Positions 59,873 to 64,000 of a stretch of 64,000 bases of DNA are shown in pieces; positions within the stretch are counted from its first letter, which is position 1, and each line of letters starts with the position of its first letter. The stretch is from Hydrolagus affinis (Eukaryota): positions 1 to 64,000 of the forward strand of contig JAAILG010000140.1 in NCBI GenBank assembly GCA_012026655.1, read 5' to 3'. The notes under the pieces are model-generated. The model was not told the DNA's origin and searched no databases. It saw only the letters and a program-made list of their open reading frames with translations. The position numbers were made by a program, and so were the translations under genes.

Positions 59873-62239
59873 GTATTTTTAGAAACAAAACAATCTTTGA
59901 GATTTGCCGAGAGCCTTAAAGTTTCAGGTATTTGCCTAAACTTTAGTGTATTCTAGATACGTTTTGGTGTTCCACAACCCACGCTTTTGACGTTATGAAG
60001 CTAAACTCCGATTGGCATATTTCTAGTTTATTTTGACAAACTACAACAAATTAAGATTTGGATTAAATGCATTATACTATAACTTGTGATTGCTCCACTC
60101 TTTAAATACTGCTTGCCGAATTTCGCCCTCCATAAAACCTGAAAGCTTTTGCATCGTACTATGTGGCACATAGCTGTTCTTCTCTCTCAGTTATGTTTTT
60201 GTAAAATGCGAATAGCAGTACTTCAGCTCCGTTATCTGTTGACTGATGAAGTTATGTAATGAATCACATGGTCCAATGCAAATGTTTGAACAGTGCTTGA
60301 AACTAGTTTTTTTTTAGCATCAGGCAAGTGCTTTGAACCACCACGGAAATTTATGAACATGTGACTTGCATCCTTTATTGAAACTGCAATGCATGGGCGG
60401 AAAGAATATTCCCAATGGATTTTCTCTGTGTCTCACACAGCAACCTTCCTTTGCATACATTCAACAGTTTTTCCATACATCTGCACCCTCAGTGTCCCTT
60501 TCAACATGGTTAAAGCAGCTGTAGCTCTTCAATGCCCAGCAGCAGCAACACAAGGCTCTATGTTTGAATAATCTCACTTGTCCCAAATCTCCAACACATA
60601 TTACAAATTACCACTCAGTGTCTTCCACCTCATTAGTGATCAGATAAGGAACTGAATGGACATGAATCTGGGCCCAACCTTGATCAACACCTCTTTATTA
60701 AGCATCTTTTCAATCAGCAAAATTGATATGAACTGAGTTTATGGAATAAAGGCAACAAAGCTCTGTTCTGTCGAGCAATATTTTAAAAGCAAAAACTAAA
60801 ATAATTAACAACATTCAGCATTTTGAGACTTTCTCCTGACGTGAAAGGTACAACATAAATTGAATTGTACCATAAAATAGAGGATGAAACATTGACAATG
60901 TAAACAAATAATATTTATGGAAACAAAATTGGTTGTTTCTGCAACTAAAAGGAAACAACTAAAAAAATTTCAGTGAATGAAAGAAAGAGCAGCACAGCAT
61001 TTAAAGAAATAAGAGGTTAGACCCTGGAAGCTAACCAGAGCAAGCTAGAAGCCAGACACAGGTTGGCCATTGATACAAGCTGCTGATTAAGTTTGCCAGA
61101 TTAATAGTGTGGGTCCTGCCTTTGCACCATTGGTAATAGGTGCTTTCAATGACAAGTGTACACCACAAATAGAAATAATAGTACATCTGCCATTCTGTCA
61201 ACACTTTAGGGTTCCACCTGGAAATTAAGAGAAGTTTGCATTGTGCAAATAATATGTCTCAGTTGAGCATGTGGTGATTAAAATAATTGAGTCTTTTCAA
61301 GTAGTCAGTTTAAGGTTAGAGATGATTGACTTATGAGAAATAGTTGCAGCAGCCAGAAACACCTGCTATGCTGACATAACCTATTTTTGGAGTACTGGTA
61401 CACGCAGCATCAAACTATGGATTTCTAATGTACACTTCCAGTGATATTTTCATCTCTGTACTACAGTACAGTATTATTAAACTGATAGCACTTGCATCAT
61501 ATAAAGATGATAATACTAGTTTTATGGGTGCCGGTTCAACATCGATCTGTTCATTGTATTTGAACTAAAGATAACTGCTATTATAAGAGAAAATTCTACC
61601 CACTACTCGATATACTGAATGTTATGGCTTGGTGAATGTTGCCTAGATACTGTTAATTTCCGATAAGCATGCTGGAGTTTCCACCGTTTGATTGTTTCAC
61701 AAATGGCATGTGCATTTCTGCACACAATATGTGTTTGCTGGCTCGGAATTGAAACGTTATTTGTACAGGTCCCCCAAATCACAAATACCATTTACTCTTT
61801 TACAAGCATTAGTAAGGCAAATATTTAGAATGTGCAGAATGATACAATAACTTAACGTACACATTCAATGAGCACCAGTAGCTCTGTCTATAAAGCACTT
61901 ATAAGTTTAAGTGTAATGTAACCAATTCAATATTGAATAAGCAACAAATAAAATTAAATGTTTTGAAGTTAAGGATTTCTGATTTTTCTGATAGGCATTT
62001 GTTTCTTTCTGCAACACTGAGGGCTAATTTCAGATGAAGCTTTTTTGGGGGAGGGGAAAACTTTGATATATAATCGTCACAATATGAACGAATGTTAATC
62101 GAATATGCCAAGATTGATTTGCAGAGAGGCAAGGTGACAACTGAATCAGGCGTGGGGATATTTTGGCTAATCACAATCAGAAACATATCCAAGTGTATGT
62201 TGCGTATTCATCGGAAACTATTGAAACCTGGAAAAGTGA

Positions 62240-63245
62240 AGGCTCCGCTGTTGTGTTGCTCCCACTTGGTGACATCATCTGCAGACATGGAGTAAATTTC
62301 CATATGTACATAGATGACACCCAACTCTATCCGTCTGCCTCCACCTTCAATTCCAGGACTTTTGGCATCCTGACAGACTGCCTTGTCAGACATCAAGTCT
62401 GGGATGAGAGACAACTTTCTACAGTTCTACAGTCAGCAAGAACAAGGCCCTCCTGATTCACTCATGCCAGCACCTCCGCACCTCAGGCACTGGCAGCATC
62501 AGCATCCACAGATGTACGTTCCACCTAACCAAGCCAGTCAGGAACCTGGGTGTCTTGTTTGACCCTGAACTGACTCTTTCTCCCGCAAATCTGTGCCATG
62601 ACCAACACTGCCTTCCACCACCTCTGAAACATTGCTCGACTCCGCCACTGCCTCAACCCTCAGGCCGCAGAAACCCTCACATATGTGTTTGTCACCTCAA
62701 GACTCAACTATGGCAACTCCCTCCTTGTTGGTTCCCCAACTCTTCGCTCCACAAGCTGCAGATCATCCAAAACTCTGCAGCCCGTGTCCTCTCCCACACC
62801 AGGCTCCATGATCCCATCACCCCCACCCTCTACCGACTCCACTGGCTCCCCAGCCCTCAGAGGATAAAATTCAAGATCCTCATCCTCACTTTCAACGCCA
62901 TCCCCGGCCTTGCCCCCTCCTAGCTCTCTGACCCCCTATCAACCTGTCCACTCCCTCCGTTCAGCAGGCTCCAGCATGATTCACGTTTCCCGCCCGACCT
63001 GCCCTACCATCAGCGGCCGGGCTTTTAGCCTCTCTGTTCCCATGCTTTGGAACTCCATCCCACAGTCCATTCACCTTGCTTCCTTCAAGGCTGGTCTCAA
63101 GACCCTCCTTTTCGACAGTCCCTTCAGCCACCCTCCATGTCTCTGTCCTCCCTCATTCCAGCTCGGATCCTGACCCTTAACTGTTCAGCGCCTTGGTCGT
63201 CCTCCCGACGTGAAAGGCGCTCAAGAAATGTAATTTTGTTGTTGT
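62240..63245 (+). mobile_element. L2 LINE, 5'-truncated and frameshifted RT to 3' tail
   Basis: PLGDIICRHGVNFHMYIDDTQLY (YxDD), FVTSRLNYGNSLL, KLQIIQNSAARVL, LHWLP..RIKFKIL, (TTG)n tail. Confidence 0.95.
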
Positions 63246-63259
63246 TCTTGTTGTGCATG

Positions 63260-63530
63260 TGTGACACTGAGCAACACAGATCAGCAAGGTCTCAGGTTCA
63301 ATTCCTGGTCTGTGCTGAATCAACAGATCTCAGCTGGAGAAACAATTGGGTCACTATAAATTGGCATCAGTGTCTCAATGTTGTGGAGAGAATGTTTTTT
63401 TTAAAAAAAATGCTTAGTTCTACACTAATCCAGTCACTCTTACTGGAAATACACATGTATGGACAGGAACAGGCTCAGTGGTGACCTCCAGCTTCGCACT
63501 ATTTGAATAATTTCTCAATCCTCACTGTCT
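63260..63530 (+). mobile_element. LF-SINE-like element
   Basis: AAGGTCTCAGGTTCAATTCCTGGTCTGTGCTGA...GATCTCAGC...AATTGGCATCAGTG...ATCCAGTCACTCTTACTGGAAA resembles the recalled LF-SINE consensus. Confidence 0.55.
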
Positions 63531-64000
63531 ATGAAGAAAGGCCTCGGGAATAACCTAAGTCTGAGTCAGTACTTTGAAGAAAGTAACAAGGGGTGGGGGA
63601 TTGCAAAAGTTTGGCAAATTGTGCTGAGAATTGTTCCAAAAAGCCTCAGATATTGCAGACTGTTGCTTCTTATGTTTTTGAGTGTCAATCCTATCTTAGA
63701 TGTTACCTTTAACCTGGTTATGTGATGCTTACCAGATATTTTTTGTTTTTTAAAACTCAATACTGGCCTAACAACAACTGGCATCAATTAGGCACCCAAT
63801 CGAATGAGCACATATATGAATATATTCTTTTCAGTTTGGGTTTCTGTACCTAGGGCAGACAGCTATAGCACCCTCCATGCCAGGTAGCATCTCACAGCAA
63901 GTGGCGGAGCCATACTCCCAGCCAGGCAAGGGGAGGGAGTGGTGGTGGGTGGTTTGGGTGTCCATACAGGAAGGTTTTCAGGCATGACTTGAAATGGGGG

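Noticed and set aside
1-64000. CRISPR arrays, operons or prokaryotic defence systems
   Set aside because: The sequence is vertebrate with spliceosomal introns; recurring motifs are dispersed retroposon tails, not regularly spaced repeats.

Overview
Eukaryotic (vertebrate) genomic DNA. The repeat content (tRNA-headed SINEs with (TTA)n tails, L2 LINEs with (TTG)n tails, Penelope-type ends) points to a cartilaginous fish; this is inference. Three complete intron-containing genes were reconstructed by hand from splice sites. (1) A germline-type lamin LIII on + (11 coding exons, 2450-15468, 581 aa, CaaX = CVMM). (2) A MARCHF2/3-family RING-CH E3 ligase on -, tail-to-tail with the lamin (4 coding exons, 21464-18238, 254 aa, needs a GC-AG intron). 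(3) Endophilin A3, SH3GL3, on - (9 exons, 55922-30024, 353 aa) with a GC-rich promoter near 56.3-56.5 kb. The rest is introns and intergenic DNA rich in SINEs, L2/CR1 fragments and DNA-transposon MITEs; most short ORFs in the track are noise. Best lead: an apparently degenerated LIIIb-type alternative CaaX exon (14994-15051) with intact splice sites that would now encode a non-prenylated, lamin-C-like LIII isoform. Other leads: a lamin-MARCH-endophilin ohnolog block carrying a probable third MARCHF2/3 paralogue, minimal hammerhead-ribozyme motifs in Penelope-derived repeats, and a covarying SINE/LINE 3' stem-loop. Family assignments rest on recalled sequences, not database searches.
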